DNA of 64,000 bases from Verrucomicrobiota bacterium (GCA_039818205.1 JBCBUK010000002.1:416001-480000); one strand, 5' to 3'; positions 28,774-40,079 are shown, counted from the first letter of the stretch. Translations and numbers: made by a program. Notes: generated by a model from the sequence alone, not told the origin.

Positions 28774-29556
28774 ATGAAGGAAGACCTGTTATGGTTGGAT
28801 TTGAAGAAAGAGGCGGAGAACGTCGCCCGGCGTGAGCCTGCGTTGGCAGGGCTGATGCATGAGGTCATCCTCGAGCGCCACTCGCTGGAGGAGGCTCTTA
28901 GCGTGCGCTTGTCTCGTAAGCTGGCCTATCATGCGACGCCAGAGGGATATCTCAAAGAAGTGTTCCTCGAATCATTTCATCAGGATCCGTGCATCGGTGC
29001 TCAAGTGCGCAATGATATAGCTGCGGTTAACGAGCGGGACCCTGCTTGCCCGCATGCCCTGTGCCCGGTGCTTTACTTCAAGGGCTTTCAAGCGCTCACC
29101 TGCTATCGCATTGCGCACCACCTTTACGCGAACGAACGGACTGATCTGGCGCTCTATTTGCAAAGCCTTATCAGCGAGGTGTTTGCTGTGGATATCCATC
29201 CGGCTGCGCGTATTGGGTCCGGTATTCTACTCGACCACGCGACGAGCTTTGTTGCCGGTGAGACGGCGTTGATCGAAGATGACGTCTCGATCCTGCACGA
29301 GGTTACCTTGGGTGGGACCGGCAAAGATAAGGGTGATCGTCACCCGAAGGTGCGCCACGGGGTGCTAATTGGTGCAGGGGCCAAGCTTTTGGGCAATATC
29401 GAGATCGGCGAGCGCGCAAAAATCGGTGCTGGATCCGTTGTGCTCACTGATGTTCCGCCGCATAGCACTGCCGTTGGGGTGCCCGCTCGGGTTGTTGGTG
29501 AGACCAGCGAAGAGTTACCCTGTCGCACGATGGACCACCGCATCCGGTGTGAGTAG
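28774..29556 (+). CDS. cysE: Serine O-acetyltransferase
   Basis: ERDPAC, FKGFQAL, DIHPAARIG, VTLGGTGK..GDRHPK, hexapeptide repeats. Confidence 0.94.
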   Translation: MKEDLLWLDLKKEAENVARREPALAGLMHEVILERHSLEEALSVRLSRKLAYHATPEGYLKEVFLESFHQDPCIGAQVRNDIAAVNERDPACPHALCPVLYFKGFQALTCYRIAHHLYANERTDLALYLQSLISEVFAVDIHPAARIGSGILLDHATSFVAGETALIEDDVSILHEVTLGGTGKDKGDRHPKVRHGVLIGAGAKLLGNIEIGERAKIGAGSVVLTDVPPHSTAVGVPARVVGETSEELPCRTMDHRIRCE

Positions 29557-29564
29557 CCGGTAGC

Positions 29565-30131
29565 TTACTCGGTCAGTTCGGCGTAGCGAAAACAATCCGT
29601 GGTATGGTCGTTGACCATGCCAACGGCTTGCATAAACGCATAGCAAATTGTCGATCCGACGAAGTTGAATCCGCGCTTCTTTAGGTCTTTGCTGATCTTA
29701 TCAGAGAGCGGCGTTTTGGCGGGGACTTGATCCATCGACTCCCACCGATTCACAATCTGCTTGCCGTCGACGTAACGCCAAAGGAAGTCGCTTAGCGATC
29801 CAAACTCCTCAATGATCTTCAGGGTGCCTCGAGCATTCTTGATTGTGGATTCGATCTTCAAACGGTTGCGGACGATTCCCTCGTTTGCCAACAGGCGATC
29901 GATGTCGCTCTGGTCGTAACGCGCAATCTTCTCGAAGTCGAAATCGTGGAGTGCCTTGCGGTAGTTCTCTCGTTTGCGCAGAATAGTAATCCAGCTCAGA
30001 CCTGCTTGGGCGCCCTCAAGGATGATGAACTCGAACAAGACACGATCGTCATGCACTGGCACTCCCCACTCCTTGTCATGGTATTCGACATAGAGTGGGT
30101 CGTTGCCGCACCATTCACAGCGTGTTTTCAT
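29565..30131 (-). CDS. tag: DNA-3-methyladenine glycosylase I
   Basis: RCEW, YHDKEWG, LEGAQAGLSWITIL, FVGSTICYAFMQAVGMVNDH. Confidence 0.95.
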   Translation of the reverse strand: MKTRCEWCGNDPLYVEYHDKEWGVPVHDDRVLFEFIILEGAQAGLSWITILRKRENYRKALHDFDFEKIARYDQSDIDRLLANEGIVRNRLKIESTIKNARGTLKIIEEFGSLSDFLWRYVDGKQIVNRWESMDQVPAKTPLSDKISKDLKKRGFNFVGSTICYAFMQAVGMVNDHTTDCFRYAELTE

Positions 30132-32147
30132 TTAAATCAGTTCGGCAAGTTCGGTTGGGCTGTTAGTGGGTGCCTGGCATTGCTCTGCGACGCAAAGTTG
30201 TAGTCCATCCGGCTGTTCAGGCAAATCGGTGACTTGCAAAAATACCGGACGCCAAGGGCGCTCGGTGATGGCCCGTTGGAGTGCATCCAGGTCCGTGTCA
30301 CCCTTGATCTTGATGACGGCAACTCCTACTGCATTGTGGGTGAAGCCTGAAAGTGCGTGGGCCGCAGCGCTCGGTGCACGCTCAGCGATTCCGGTGTAGG
30401 CTGTGCGCAAACGGTTGATCTCATGCGCGTACTGATTGTCACCGGTTAGCGCGTAGAGTTTGCTGTAGACGTTGACCATGGCGGAGTTGCCGGCCGGCGT
30501 TGCGTTGTCAAACCAGCTCTTCTTGCGTGTAATAACGTCCTGCTGGTCGTCGGGTGTGAAAAAGAATCCTGGGAGATTCGGGTCACCCAACTTCTCCTGG
30601 ATGGTCGTAACGAGATCCGTTGCCCGCTGTTGGTATTTAGCGGCACTACGAGGCGAAATCCAATCTGCTTTGCTGGACAAAGTAAGTAGTGCTTCAGCAA
30701 ACCAGGCGTAGTCGTCGAGGCGACCATTGTATTGAGGCCCAACCCCATCGTAGTAGACCGAGCGGAGACGGACCAACTTGCTATCATCGGTGAAAGTGAA
30801 CGTTTCCCAAAGCCAATCGGCGACCTCGATGGCGCGCTGCATCCAGTCCTTATTGCCGAAGGCAAACGCGGCTTCTACGAGCCCGCGTAAGGCTAAGCTA
30901 TTCCAGGAAAGAAGGACCTTGGTGTCCAGTCCTGGTCGCACACGTTTTTCGCGGGCGGCTAGAACTTTGCGCCGCAAAGGCTCGAGTGATTGTCGCTTCT
31001 CAAAGCTGTCATAAACGAATGCGGGGTTGGTGGTGCCGTGCTCAAAATTTCCCTTTTGAGTGATGTTGTAGGCGTCGCAAAAGGTCTGGCCATCTTCTTT
31101 GCCGAGGATGGCGTGGATGTCTTCCGGTATCCAGACGTAGAACCGGCCCTCGACGCCTTCGCTGTCGGCATCGAGCGCTGCGCGCCATGCGCCATCTGGC
31201 GCGGCCATTTCGCGCTCGAGCCAAGCGACTGTTTCTTCCGCAACCGCTTTGTACATCGGGTCGCGGTAGCGCAACCATGCTTTGGCGTAGATATCCAAGA
31301 GCAGGGCGTTGTCGTAAAGCATTTTCTCGAAGTGAGGAATCAACCAGGCCTTGTCGACGCTGTAGCGGCAGAAGCCGCCGCCCACTTGGTCGAAGAGACC
31401 ACCGTGCGCCATGCCCTTGAGGGTTGTCTGAGCTACCCGGTCGATGCGGTTGGCCAAATTTTGCTTGGATTCGCAGGCGGCAGATCCCCGAACGGCCAAG
31501 AGGAAATCGAGCGTCATGGAGGGCGGAAATTTAGGAGCATCCCCGAAGCCGCCCCACTCATCATCGTGTTGTGAGCATATTCCTTCAGCAGCTGTGATCA
31601 GGTGTTGGCCTTCAACCGACTCGCCCGTGGCGCCAATTGGTTTATTACCTTCTGCCATGTTCTTCAGGATGTTTTCGGCGTTTTCTTCGAGCTCGTCCTG
31701 ATTCTTCTGGAAGTAGTCGGAAATTCGCATCAACAGTTGTGGCCATGGCACAATGCCTTGACCCCGATCTTCGGGTGGAAAATATGTCCCACCGAAAAAT
31801 GGACGCCCATCCGGGAGGCAGAAAACGTTGAGTGGCCAGCCTCCGCGCTGAGTGATCATTTGGACGGCCTCCATGTAGATCTGATCAATCTCCGGATGCT
31901 CCTCACGGTCGACCTTAACGCAGACGAAGTGCTGATTCATCAGCCGCGCTATGGATGCACTTTCAAAGGACTCATGCGCCATCACGTGGCACCAATGGCA
32001 GGCGCTGTATCCGATTGAGATCAGGAGTGGTTTGCCCGTGCGCTCTGCTTCGGCCCGAGCCTCCTCACCCCAGGGGTACCAATCGACGGGATTGTCGGCG
32101 TGTTGGCGCAAATATAGGCTGTTCGATTCGGCGAGTCGGTTTGGCAT
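30132..32147 (-). CDS. Thioredoxin-domain protein, YyaL/DUF255 (SPATA20-like)
   Basis: NRLA...[41 protein letters not shown]. Confidence 0.92.
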   Translation of the reverse strand: MPNRLAESNSLYLRQHADNPVDWYPWGEEARAEAERTGKPLLISIGYSACHWCHVMAHESFESASIARLMNQHFVCVKVDREEHPEIDQIYMEAVQMITQRGGWPLNVFCLPDGRPFFGGTYFPPEDRGQGIVPWPQLLMRISDYFQKNQDELEENAENILKNMAEGNKPIGATGESVEGQHLITAAEGICSQHDDEWGGFGDAPKFPPSMTLDFLLAVRGSAACESKQNLANRIDRVAQTTLKGMAHGGLFDQVGGGFCRYSVDKAWLIPHFEKMLYDNALLLDIYAKAWLRYRDPMYKAVAEETVAWLEREMAAPDGAWRAALDADSEGVEGRFYVWIPEDIHAILGKEDGQTFCDAYNITQKGNFEHGTTNPAFVYDSFEKRQSLEPLRRKVLAAREKRVRPGLDTKVLLSWNSLALRGLVEAAFAFGNKDWMQRAIEVADWLWETFTFTDDSKLVRLRSVYYDGVGPQYNGRLDDYAWFAEALLTLSSKADWISPRSAAKYQQRATDLVTTIQEKLGDPNLPGFFFTPDDQQDVITRKKSWFDNATPAGNSAMVNVYSKLYALTGDNQYAHEINRLRTAYTGIAERAPSAAAHALSGFTHNAVGVAVIKIKGDTDLDALQRAITERPWRPVFLQVTDLPEQPDGLQLCVAEQCQAPTNSPTELAELI

Positions 32148-32152
32148 GAGAG

Positions 32153-32335
32153 TTACTTAAACGATGAAACAATTAATCTCAGAACCGCAAATGCGGCGGT
32201 TCCTACTACTGCTAAAACGGCAATTGCGCAACCGACCGGGATTTGTCGAGCGCCAGCACCACAACGACCGCAATAGTCCTCTTCTGGCCTAATGGGGTTG
32301 TCGCAATCTTTGCAATTGGTGGGCTTCTTGAGCAT
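32153..32335 (-). CDS. Small zinc-ribbon protein with C-terminal TM helix
   Basis: CKDC...CGRCG followed by a hydrophobic segment; ends 5 nt before the yyaL-like start. Confidence 0.55.
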   Translation of the reverse strand: MLKKPTNCKDCDNPIRPEEDYCGRCGAGARQIPVGCAIAVLAVVGTAAFAVLRLIVSSFK

Positions 32336-32504
32336 CGTGCAAGCTTTGGGGTCCGGCGGGCTTAGTCAAGCGCAGGGCTTTGGCTTCCGTTTTCTGCCCT
32401 GTTTGTGGGTGATTTCTCAACTTTCCGTGTTTCTTTCTGGAAAGCCCGGTCGGCGTTCGCGTATCCTAATCCTTTGATTTTTCAACGTTGAGCCGCACCC
32501 AATC

Positions 32505-34466
32505 GTGACCGATTCCGCCAAAAGTCCCGTCGATTCTCCACCCATTCGGGTGTTGTCGGACCGTGTGGTCAATCAGATTGCTGCCGGAGAGGTCATCGAG
32601 CGTCCAGCAGCCGTGGTCAAAGAGCTGGTCGAGAATTCGCTGGACGCAGGATCGACCCGGGTTGAGGTGGAGTTTCGCCATGGCGGCAAGAGCTATATCC
32701 GCATCGAGGACAACGGCTGCGGGATGCGCCCTGACGACGCATTGTTGGCCCTCGAGCGGCACGCAACCAGCAAACTTCGCGAGGCTGATGACTTGTTGAA
32801 GATCACGAGCCTTGGTTTCCGCGGAGAAGCGTTACCGTCAATCGCGAGTGTTAGCCGATTCACGCTCAAAACCCGCCGTAGTGATTGGGACCATGGGACC
32901 GAGATTTTTGTCAACGGTGGTAAGATGATTCATCAGCGGGAGTGCGGGATGCCACCGGGTACGCGAATCGAGGTTGTCCATTTGTTCAACAGTGTGCCCG
33001 CGCGACGGAAATTCCTCAAAACCGACAATACGGAGGCTGCGCACATCGTGCATCTCGTGCGCTTGTTGGCGGTGGCCCGCCCCGAGGTTGCCTTTACGCT
33101 GATCGAGAATGGTCGTACGGTTTTTCGATCGCCTGAATGCCCGACGATGAACGACCGGGTTGCGGAGATCTGGGGGCGTCAGGTTGCGGATCAGTTGATT
33201 GAGCTCCCGGAAGCAGATGGTAAAAATGGTCTGCGGATCAAGGGGCTCATTGGGCAACCGGGCGTTGGGCGCTCGACTCGTCGCGAGATGATTGCCCTCG
33301 TCAACGGACGGGCGGTCGATAGTCGGACCCTCAACTATGCGCTGATCGAGGGCTACCACACTTTCATTCCCAAGGGACGTTATCCAATTGCATTTCTTTT
33401 TCTAGAGATCGATCCCGCAGCCGTTGACGTCAATATTCACCCCGCAAAGCGTGAAATTCGCTTTCGCGACGAAGGCACGGTGCGTCGCTTTGTGCTCACT
33501 CAGGTCCAGGATCGGTTGCGGGCTGCAGCTCAAGTGCAGTTCCCGATTCGCGGTGATGTGCAGTCGGCACCTCCCGATGAGGCAGCAACGGTGGCAGCAA
33601 AGATTCTTGAATCTACCGAGCCCAAGAAGGCCGGCGCGCCCGCGCCCGCGATTCAGCCCGGGCCCAGAGCGAAGGAAGAACCTAGCTATCCCCGCACCCA
33701 GCCGAAGCCAGCTTCGGAGGAGTTTAAGCGCCAGTATGTCGAGCCGAGTTCGTCCGTGAAGGCGGCGAGTCCGGCGAAATCTGCTCAGCCATTAAAGGTG
33801 GCGAAAGGCCAGGTCCAACCGTCTCCGCTCACAGGCGAGCAGGAAGCGCCGCCGGCTACTGATGCGTCATTAAAGCCGGCACCGCGTCGCTTTCGCGGGC
33901 GTTTGATTGGTCGGCTGAAGATCGATTATGCGCTGTTTGAAACGGAGAGCGGACTCATGGTTTTGCGGTTGCGTGCGGCCCACGAGCGAGTCCAATTCGA
34001 GCGCATCGTCGAGCATTTCAAAGCACAGAAAATCGCGCAGCAACAACTCTTGTTTCCGGTGCCGATGGAATTTGACCCGCGGTCCTCGGCGGCCTTGCAA
34101 GAGCAGTTGGAGTGGATCCAGTCGCATGGGTTTTCCGTGGAAGAGTTTGGCCGAAATTTTTACCGGATGGAGGCGCATCCAGATTGGTTGCCCGAAGGGC
34201 AGGCTGAGCGTTTTTTCCGGGACTTGGTCGACCGCCTTCGCGAGGGCGATATCGACCCGAGTCAAGTGAGCTTGGCGCATGAGCAACTCGCAAAGCTCGC
34301 CGCGACGCGGGCGGTCCGCATGGCGGACGATTTGCCAGATCGCGCGGTCGAGGAATTGGCCGAGCAATTGTTTTCCTGTGATCATCCATTGGCGTGTCCG
34401 AACGGGCGGCCCACGATCATCGAGCTATCCGCCAATGATCTGCGCAAGCGTTTCGGCCTAAGCTAA
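32505..34466 (+). CDS. mutL: DNA mismatch repair protein MutL
   Basis: NQIAAGEVIERP, KELVENSLDAG, HATSK, GFRGEAL, DVNIHPAK. Confidence 0.95.
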   Translation: MTDSAKSPVDSPPIRVLSDRVVNQIAAGEVIERPAAVVKELVENSLDAGSTRVEVEFRHGGKSYIRIEDNGCGMRPDDALLALERHATSKLREADDLLKITSLGFRGEALPSIASVSRFTLKTRRSDWDHGTEIFVNGGKMIHQRECGMPPGTRIEVVHLFNSVPARRKFLKTDNTEAAHIVHLVRLLAVARPEVAFTLIENGRTVFRSPECPTMNDRVAEIWGRQVADQLIELPEADGKNGLRIKGLIGQPGVGRSTRREMIALVNGRAVDSRTLNYALIEGYHTFIPKGRYPIAFLFLEIDPAAVDVNIHPAKREIRFRDEGTVRRFVLTQVQDRLRAAAQVQFPIRGDVQSAPPDEAATVAAKILESTEPKKAGAPAPAIQPGPRAKEEPSYPRTQPKPASEEFKRQYVEPSSSVKAASPAKSAQPLKVAKGQVQPSPLTGEQEAPPATDASLKPAPRRFRGRLIGRLKIDYALFETESGLMVLRLRAAHERVQFERIVEHFKAQKIAQQQLLFPVPMEFDPRSSAALQEQLEWIQSHGFSVEEFGRNFYRMEAHPDWLPEGQAERFFRDLVDRLREGDIDPSQVSLAHEQLAKLAATRAVRMADDLPDRAVEELAEQLFSCDHPLACPNGRPTIIELSANDLRKRFGLS

Positions 34467-34592
34467 TCGCTTGTGGATAGTTCTTGATTATTTCTTTGAG
34501 GACGACCAATCATGGTCTGATTGTTATTTGCCGAGGTGTTAGGGGCGATGAGGCGGCTTCGCGGCGGGAGAAAAATTTTACAAGGATTGGTG

Positions 34593-35234
34593 ATGGATCG
34601 AAGAAAACTAAATTTGCGGGCAATTTTCGGAGGATTAACTGTCGCGTTGCTTGGCCTGTTTGGCGGCGGCTGTGCGCTCGTCGACAACGAGCTGGATTTG
34701 CAATATGCCCCATCGGCGGATAGCCCAATCCAGGAGATCCCGTCGCGTTCGGTGTACCTTGAAGTCATGGATTTACGACCTGACTTTGAACAACACCGCG
34801 TCGGTAAAATCTATAATGGTTACGGTGCCCACACGGCTGACATAAAACTTAGGGAACCCGCGGTTGACGAGATTCGCCAAGCCATGGTCGCAGAATTGGA
34901 GGCGGCTGGGCACAGAATCGTCGACTCCGTTGATCAGGCGCAGGTGAAAGTGTTCTTAAAGGTCGAAGAGATTGACCTCCGTCCAAAACTGGGAACCTGG
35001 GATGTCGAATTGTCGGCGGAGATTGAGGGCGACGTGAGCATCTACAACCCGCCCAATTCGCGCCAACCTGTTTCGATCTCGGCGAGTGGATCCGACGTTG
35101 CGCGTGAAGCAATGATCGTCGAAAGCACCCGTGAGGAAGCGTTGAACCGGGCGCTTGTTGAGTTTATTCAGTCTATTGTTCGCAATCCCCAGTTTATCAA
35201 TGCGCTGGGAGGGCCGACTGCTGGAAACGGATAA
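34593..35234 (+). CDS. YajG-like lipoprotein
   Basis: Lipobox FGGGC; V.DLRP......VG...NGYG pattern. Confidence 0.6.
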   Translation: MDRRKLNLRAIFGGLTVALLGLFGGGCALVDNELDLQYAPSADSPIQEIPSRSVYLEVMDLRPDFEQHRVGKIYNGYGAHTADIKLREPAVDEIRQAMVAELEAAGHRIVDSVDQAQVKVFLKVEEIDLRPKLGTWDVELSAEIEGDVSIYNPPNSRQPVSISASGSDVAREAMIVESTREEALNRALVEFIQSIVRNPQFINALGGPTAGNG

Positions 35235-35252
35235 CCCGCACGCTTCAATTCG

Positions 35253-35462
35253 CTAGAGGTCGATGTAATAGTTCTCTTTGATCGGCCCGCGAATGGAGCT
35301 TTCTTGGTCGGCGGCTGGGATTTGACCGGACTTCTCCAACTGCTCCTCACTCGTCCGAACCGTCTTGCGCAGCTCAGCGGATTGTTTCTGCTGCTCGGGC
35401 GTCGGCGTGGAGGTACAGCCAATTAATGTTAGCGAAATGAGGCTAAGAACCAGCAGCTTCAT
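35253..35462 (-). CDS. Small lipoprotein
   Basis: MKLLVLSLISLTLIGC lipobox; ATGA overlap with the arylesterase stop codon. Confidence 0.65.
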   Translation of the reverse strand: MKLLVLSLISLTLIGCTSTPTPEQQKQSAELRKTVRTSEEQLEKSGQIPAADQESSIRGPIKENYYIDL

Positions 35463-36181
35463 TGGTCGCTGCCTTGCTCTTTGCGCTTCTCGACGAGTAG
35501 CGGTTCGATCACGGGCCACAAGTTGTCTGCCATGACCTTTTGCCCTTTCTCATTGGGATGCATCTGGTCCGGCAGATTCAGTTCTGGCCGACCGGCAACG
35601 CCTTCTAACAAAAATGGAATCAACGTCGCATTGTTCGCTTCCGCTACTTCGATGAAGGCATCTCTAAAGCGGGTGCGGTAGTCTTCGCCTAGGTTGGGTG
35701 GCATCAACATGCCAGCGACCACGAGCCTTGCGCCTGGAAATTGGTTGCGAACCTGTTTGAGGATCGCGTTCAGGTTGCTGGTCATTGCGTCGACTGAATG
35801 CCCGCGCAGACCATCATTCGCGCCGAGCGCCAGCATGAACAGGCCGAGGTCTTCGTGCGAGCGCGAGACGCCCTTGAGCGCCCAATTCAGACGTTTCAGG
35901 CCACCTTTGGAGGTTTCGCCGCTAACGGCTGACGAAACCACGGTGAATTCGTTGGCCAAACCAGCGTCCTCGATCTTTTCCTGGAGCAACGCTGGGTAGC
36001 CCAGGGACGGGTCAATGCCGAAGGCGGCCGTCAGGCTGTCACCATAAAAGACGACTGCCTGAGTATTGGCCTCCGTGCGAGACGTGGCCATGGCGATTGC
36101 TAAACCAAGGGCGACGGCGACAAATGAAGCCACCCAACGACGCCGATTGGTGATAGAGAAGGGGATATTGTTTTTGCTCAT
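35459..36181 (-). CDS. Arylesterase / SGNH hydrolase (TesA-like)
   Basis: GDSL block I, SGETS.GG, LGANDG, DQMHPN. Confidence 0.9.
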   Translation of the reverse strand: MSKNNIPFSITNRRRWVASFVAVALGLAIAMATSRTEANTQAVVFYGDSLTAAFGIDPSLGYPALLQEKIEDAGLANEFTVVSSAVSGETSKGGLKRLNWALKGVSRSHEDLGLFMLALGANDGLRGHSVDAMTSNLNAILKQVRNQFPGARLVVAGMLMPPNLGEDYRTRFRDAFIEVAEANNATLIPFLLEGVAGRPELNLPDQMHPNEKGQKVMADNLWPVIEPLLVEKRKEQGSDQ

Positions 36182-36221
36182 CGGTTGCAATTTAACCTAA
36201 GCATGTTCATCCATAGAAGCA

Positions 36222-36938
36222 ATGCCGCAACGACGTATTTTGCCAATCGATGATGCACCCGTTCTCAAGGCCACCGCTGTTCACAAAACTTACACAGCGG
36301 CGCACGGAGACTTGGAGATCCTGCGCGGAGTGGATTTTAGCCTGGAGGCGGGTGAGACGCTAGCGATCGTCGGCCCATCGGGCTGTGGGAAAACCACATT
36401 GCTTGGGCTTTGTGCCGGTTTGGATGATCCGACTTCGGGCAGCATTGGGCTGCAAGGCGTATCCTGGAACGAGCTAACAGAGGATGAGCGCGCCGCATAC
36501 CGGAATCAACACGTGGGGTTTGTGTTTCAAAATTTTCAACTGATTCCAACCCTCACCGCCCGCGAGAATATTCTGGCCCCGCTTGAGCTTCGGGGGGAGC
36601 GCGGTGTCGGCAAGCGGGCTGATGAATGGCTGGAGAAAGTCGGTCTGGCCGACCGTCACGACCACTATCCCATCCAGCTCTCGGGTGGAGAGCAGCAACG
36701 GGTCGCTCTAGCCCGAGCCTTCATTAACGATCCCAAGATCCTCTTCGCGGACGAGCCGACGGGTAACCTGGACCCGGAGACGGGTGAACGGATTGAAGAG
36801 CTGCTGTTTGAGCTGAACCGCGATCATGGCGCCACCTTGGTTCTAGTAACGCATGACCTCCGACTCGCCGCTCGCTGCCAACACCGGCTCGCCATGCGAA
36901 GCGGCCGCATCGAACAAATCGAGGGCTTGTCCGCATGA
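36222..36938 (+). CDS. ABC transporter ATP-binding protein (YbbA-like)
   Basis: [27 protein letters not shown]; divergent from the tesA-like gene. Confidence 0.92.
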   Translation: MPQRRILPIDDAPVLKATAVHKTYTAAHGDLEILRGVDFSLEAGETLAIVGPSGCGKTTLLGLCAGLDDPTSGSIGLQGVSWNELTEDERAAYRNQHVGFVFQNFQLIPTLTARENILAPLELRGERGVGKRADEWLEKVGLADRHDHYPIQLSGGEQQRVALARAFINDPKILFADEPTGNLDPETGERIEELLFELNRDHGATLVLVTHDLRLAARCQHRLAMRSGRIEQIEGLSA

Positions 36939-37008
36939 GGTTGAATCTTGTGGTTATGACGCTGGATCGGCGGTTCTTGGCGACCGGCAATTGCATGATA
37001 GTTGAATC

Positions 37009-39528
37009 ATGAGTTTCACGATCCAGACGGCGTGGCGCGACGCCCGGTCTCAGCGCAAACGCTTGTTGCTCTGTGCGATTTCGATTGTCTTTGGAGTGGC
37101 CGCATTGGTCGCGATCAATTCGTTTGGGGATAACCTGCGGGTCGCGATCGACAAGAAAACGCTCACCCTCCTCGGGTCTGATTTACAGCTAACCTCGCGC
37201 ACCGAATTTTCGGATCGGGCCGAGCGCTGGTTCTTCAATCTGGGCGGGGAGCAAAGCCGTGAGACGCGCTTTAGTTCCATGGCTTACTTTCCGGAGACCG
37301 ATGACACACGGTTGGTTCAGGTGCGTGCGGTCGAAGGTGGATTTCCGTATTATGGAGAGTTTGAAACCTTGCCCTCGGGTATTGATGTCGCGGGCGCTGG
37401 CGAGCCGATCGCCGTGGTGGATCCCTTGCTGATGTCGTTGTTTGAGCTCGAGCCGGGCGATCCGATTAAACTTGGTCAAGTGACCTTTACAATTGCTGGC
37501 CGCATTCTGGAGTTACCAGGGGAATCAGCTTTTGCCGGGATCTTTGCACCCCGGGTCTTCATTCCGATGGAGTATTTGGAAGCTACCGGTTTGGTTGGCT
37601 ACGGGACGATCGCGTTCCACCGCGTTAACTTCAAGTTGCCCGATGGTGTTGATGCAGACGAAGCGGTCATGGGCCGGTCGGCAATGTTGGCGGATGACCG
37701 CGTCTCGTTTGACACGGTGGCAACCCGCAAAGAAGAATTGGGGCAAAATCTCAAAAACCTTTATCGTTTTTTTAACCTCGTCGGGATGATTGCACTGCTG
37801 TTGGGGGGCGTCGGAGTTGCCGGGGCCGTCCAAGCCTATCTGAAGGGCAAACTGGAATCTGTTGCGGTGCTGCGCTGTTTGGGTTGTTCGGTGGGGGCAG
37901 CTTGTCGGGTTTTTCTTTGGCAGGTTTTGAGCGTCACGTTTGTCGGTGCGTTGATTGGTGCTCTGCTTGGAGTCCTAGTTCAGGTATGGGTGCCGCGGGT
38001 GGTTGGGCCACTATTGCCGTTCTCGGTGGATACGTTCATAAGCTGGCCCCGTATCGTCGAAGGGCTTGGTTTTGGCTGGCTCATCGCCGCGATGTTCGCG
38101 TTTCTACCGCTTGCGCCGTTGCGCCGGGTGAGCCCCTTACGGGCCTTACGGGCGAGTTATCAGCCGAAGCCGAAGTTTGACCCCGTCGTCTTTGGGATCT
38201 GGGCGTTCCTGGCGGTCGCGTTAATTGGCTTCTGTGCGACGCAAACGCAGACGCCATGGCATGGTGGCGCTTTTGGCGTGGGCCTTGGCCTTGCGCTGGG
38301 GATCTTCGCCCTGGTTGCGCTTCTGTTCCGCAAGTTGCTAATTTCGTTTGGTGGTCGCAATGGCCCCTATATTTGGAAGCAGGGACTCGCCAATTTGCAT
38401 CGGCCCAACAATCGCACGGTGTTTTTGGTCACGACTTTGGGGATGGGGGCCTTCTTGATTCAGACTTTATTTTTAATCGAAGGCGTCCTGCTCAACGATG
38501 TGGAACTCGTCGATGACGATCGTGAGCCAAATGTTCTCTTTTACGATATTCAACCCGACCAGCAGCAAGGTTTTGCTGATATCGTGGAAGAAGTGGGGCT
38601 GACCATCGCCGATGCCGCCCCCATGGTCGCGATGCGTTTGGAGGTGGTGGCCGGGCGCACGGTTGCCGAGATCAAGATGGATAAGAACAAGACCATTGAT
38701 GATTGGATATTGAATCGCGAATGGCGTTCTACCTGGAGAGATAAGACGACCATCACCGAGGAGATCGTGGCAGGCGAGTTTGTGGGTGCATGGGATGGCA
38801 AGGAGCCGATACCGATTTCCCTGGAAGATGACATGGCTAGTGACTTGGGTATCGGCCTAGGCGACACCTTGGTATTTGATGTGCAGGGTTTCCCGATGGA
38901 GACGGAGGTTGCGTCCTTGCGTAAAGTGGATTGGAAACGCATGCGGCCAAACTTTTTCGCGGTATTCCCGGAGGGTGTATTGGAGGAAGCACCGACCTGG
39001 CACATTGCTTTTGTGCGCACGCCCAATCCGGATTCGCTCGCTGCTTTGCAACGCAAAGTTGTTCGAGAGTACCCCAACGTTTCAGCCGTAGACCTGAGTG
39101 TGGTCTTGGATGGCCTGAGAGAAATTCTGGGACGGGTGGCATTTGCGCTTCGATTCATGGCGTCCTTTACCTTGCTCACAGGGGTTGTGGTGCTGGCCTC
39201 GGCGGTTATCACAAGTCGCTATCAGCGATTTCGTGAAAGTGTACTCTTGCGGACGATCGGAGCGACCGCGTCGCAGATCCGCACCATCATGTCGATCGAG
39301 TACATTGCCGTTGGCCTCCTGGCAGGAATTGTCGGGGCCTTGTTGGCGTGGGTTGCGGCCGCTGGCTTGGCGATCTGGGTTTTTGAGACCAATGTGCCGG
39401 TTCCAATCCTGGGAAGCTTGCTAACGATCATCGTTACCGCTGGCTTAACGTTGCTTACTGGCTTGCTCAACAGCCGCGGTATCTCGAATAGTCCACCCTT
39501 GGCGGTGCTTCGTTCGGAATCGACCTAG
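37009..39528 (+). CDS. ABC transporter permease (YbbP-like, duplicated FtsX domains)
   Basis: AWRDAR, FPYYG, FYDIQPDQ, SLRKVDW....PNFF; many TM segments. Confidence 0.9.
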   Translation: MSFTIQTAWRDARSQRKRLLLCAISIVFGVAALVAINSFGDNLRVAIDKKTLTLLGSDLQLTSRTEFSDRAERWFFNLGGEQSRETRFSSMAYFPETDDTRLVQVRAVEGGFPYYGEFETLPSGIDVAGAGEPIAVVDPLLMSLFELEPGDPIKLGQVTFTIAGRILELPGESAFAGIFAPRVFIPMEYLEATGLVGYGTIAFHRVNFKLPDGVDADEAVMGRSAMLADDRVSFDTVATRKEELGQNLKNLYRFFNLVGMIALLLGGVGVAGAVQAYLKGKLESVAVLRCLGCSVGAACRVFLWQVLSVTFVGALIGALLGVLVQVWVPRVVGPLLPFSVDTFISWPRIVEGLGFGWLIAAMFAFLPLAPLRRVSPLRALRASYQPKPKFDPVVFGIWAFLAVALIGFCATQTQTPWHGGAFGVGLGLALGIFALVALLFRKLLISFGGRNGPYIWKQGLANLHRPNNRTVFLVTTLGMGAFLIQTLFLIEGVLLNDVELVDDDREPNVLFYDIQPDQQQGFADIVEEVGLTIADAAPMVAMRLEVVAGRTVAEIKMDKNKTIDDWILNREWRSTWRDKTTITEEIVAGEFVGAWDGKEPIPISLEDDMASDLGIGLGDTLVFDVQGFPMETEVASLRKVDWKRMRPNFFAVFPEGVLEEAPTWHIAFVRTPNPDSLAALQRKVVREYPNVSAVDLSVVLDGLREILGRVAFALRFMASFTLLTGVVVLASAVITSRYQRFRESVLLRTIGATASQIRTIMSIEYIAVGLLAGIVGALLAWVAAAGLAIWVFETNVPVPILGSLLTIIVTAGLTLLTGLLNSRGISNSPPLAVLRSEST

Positions 39529-39587
39529 GCTAAGCTGCTACCGGCCATCGGGTAACAGCTCGCGAGGAGGGCGAGGGTTGCCGTGGT

Positions 39588-39980
39588 CTAAAGCTTCTTG
39601 CCTGGTCCCGGCTCGACTGACCAAACGGGTGGCTCTTTAAACTGATCGGCAAGCTTCTGAGTGGTACGTTCTAGGCGAGCGGCCAGAGTTTTGATAATCT
39701 TCACCGCAATCTGCGGGCGCTCGGAGATCAAGCTTTCGACGTCGGAGTCCGCGCAGTGAACGAGACGGCAATTGGTCTTGGCTCGGACCGTTGCTGTCCG
39801 TGGTTTTCCTAAAATATCACCCATTTCGCCGAAAATAGTTCCGGGAAACATCAGCACATTAAGCAGCAGGCCATCCTTATAAATTTCGACGGCACCTGAC
39901 TTCAGGATGTAAAAACCCTGACCTTGTTCTCCCTGCTCAATAATCGTATTGCCGGCTTCGACTTCAAATTCGCGATCCAT
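39588..39980 (-). CDS. Stand-alone cyclic-nucleotide-binding domain protein
   Basis: IIEQGE.G..FYILKSG.V, FGEM, PRTATV; no HTH domain. Confidence 0.85.
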   Translation of the reverse strand: MDREFEVEAGNTIIEQGEQGQGFYILKSGAVEIYKDGLLLNVLMFPGTIFGEMGDILGKPRTATVRAKTNCRLVHCADSDVESLISERPQIAVKIIKTLAARLERTTQKLADQFKEPPVWSVEPGPGKKL

Positions 39981-40079
39981 GATACGTTGCTAGTGGGTTT
40001 AATTGATACTGATTCGTCCAAGCGGGGCAAGCAATTCTCTCGCTTGCTAATTTATGGAAATCAACTAAATCTGTAATTT

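Noticed and set aside
33560..33880. Pro/Ala-rich insert in MutL as an intein or mobile insertion
   Set aside because: Matches the normal variable MutL linker; no intein splice motifs
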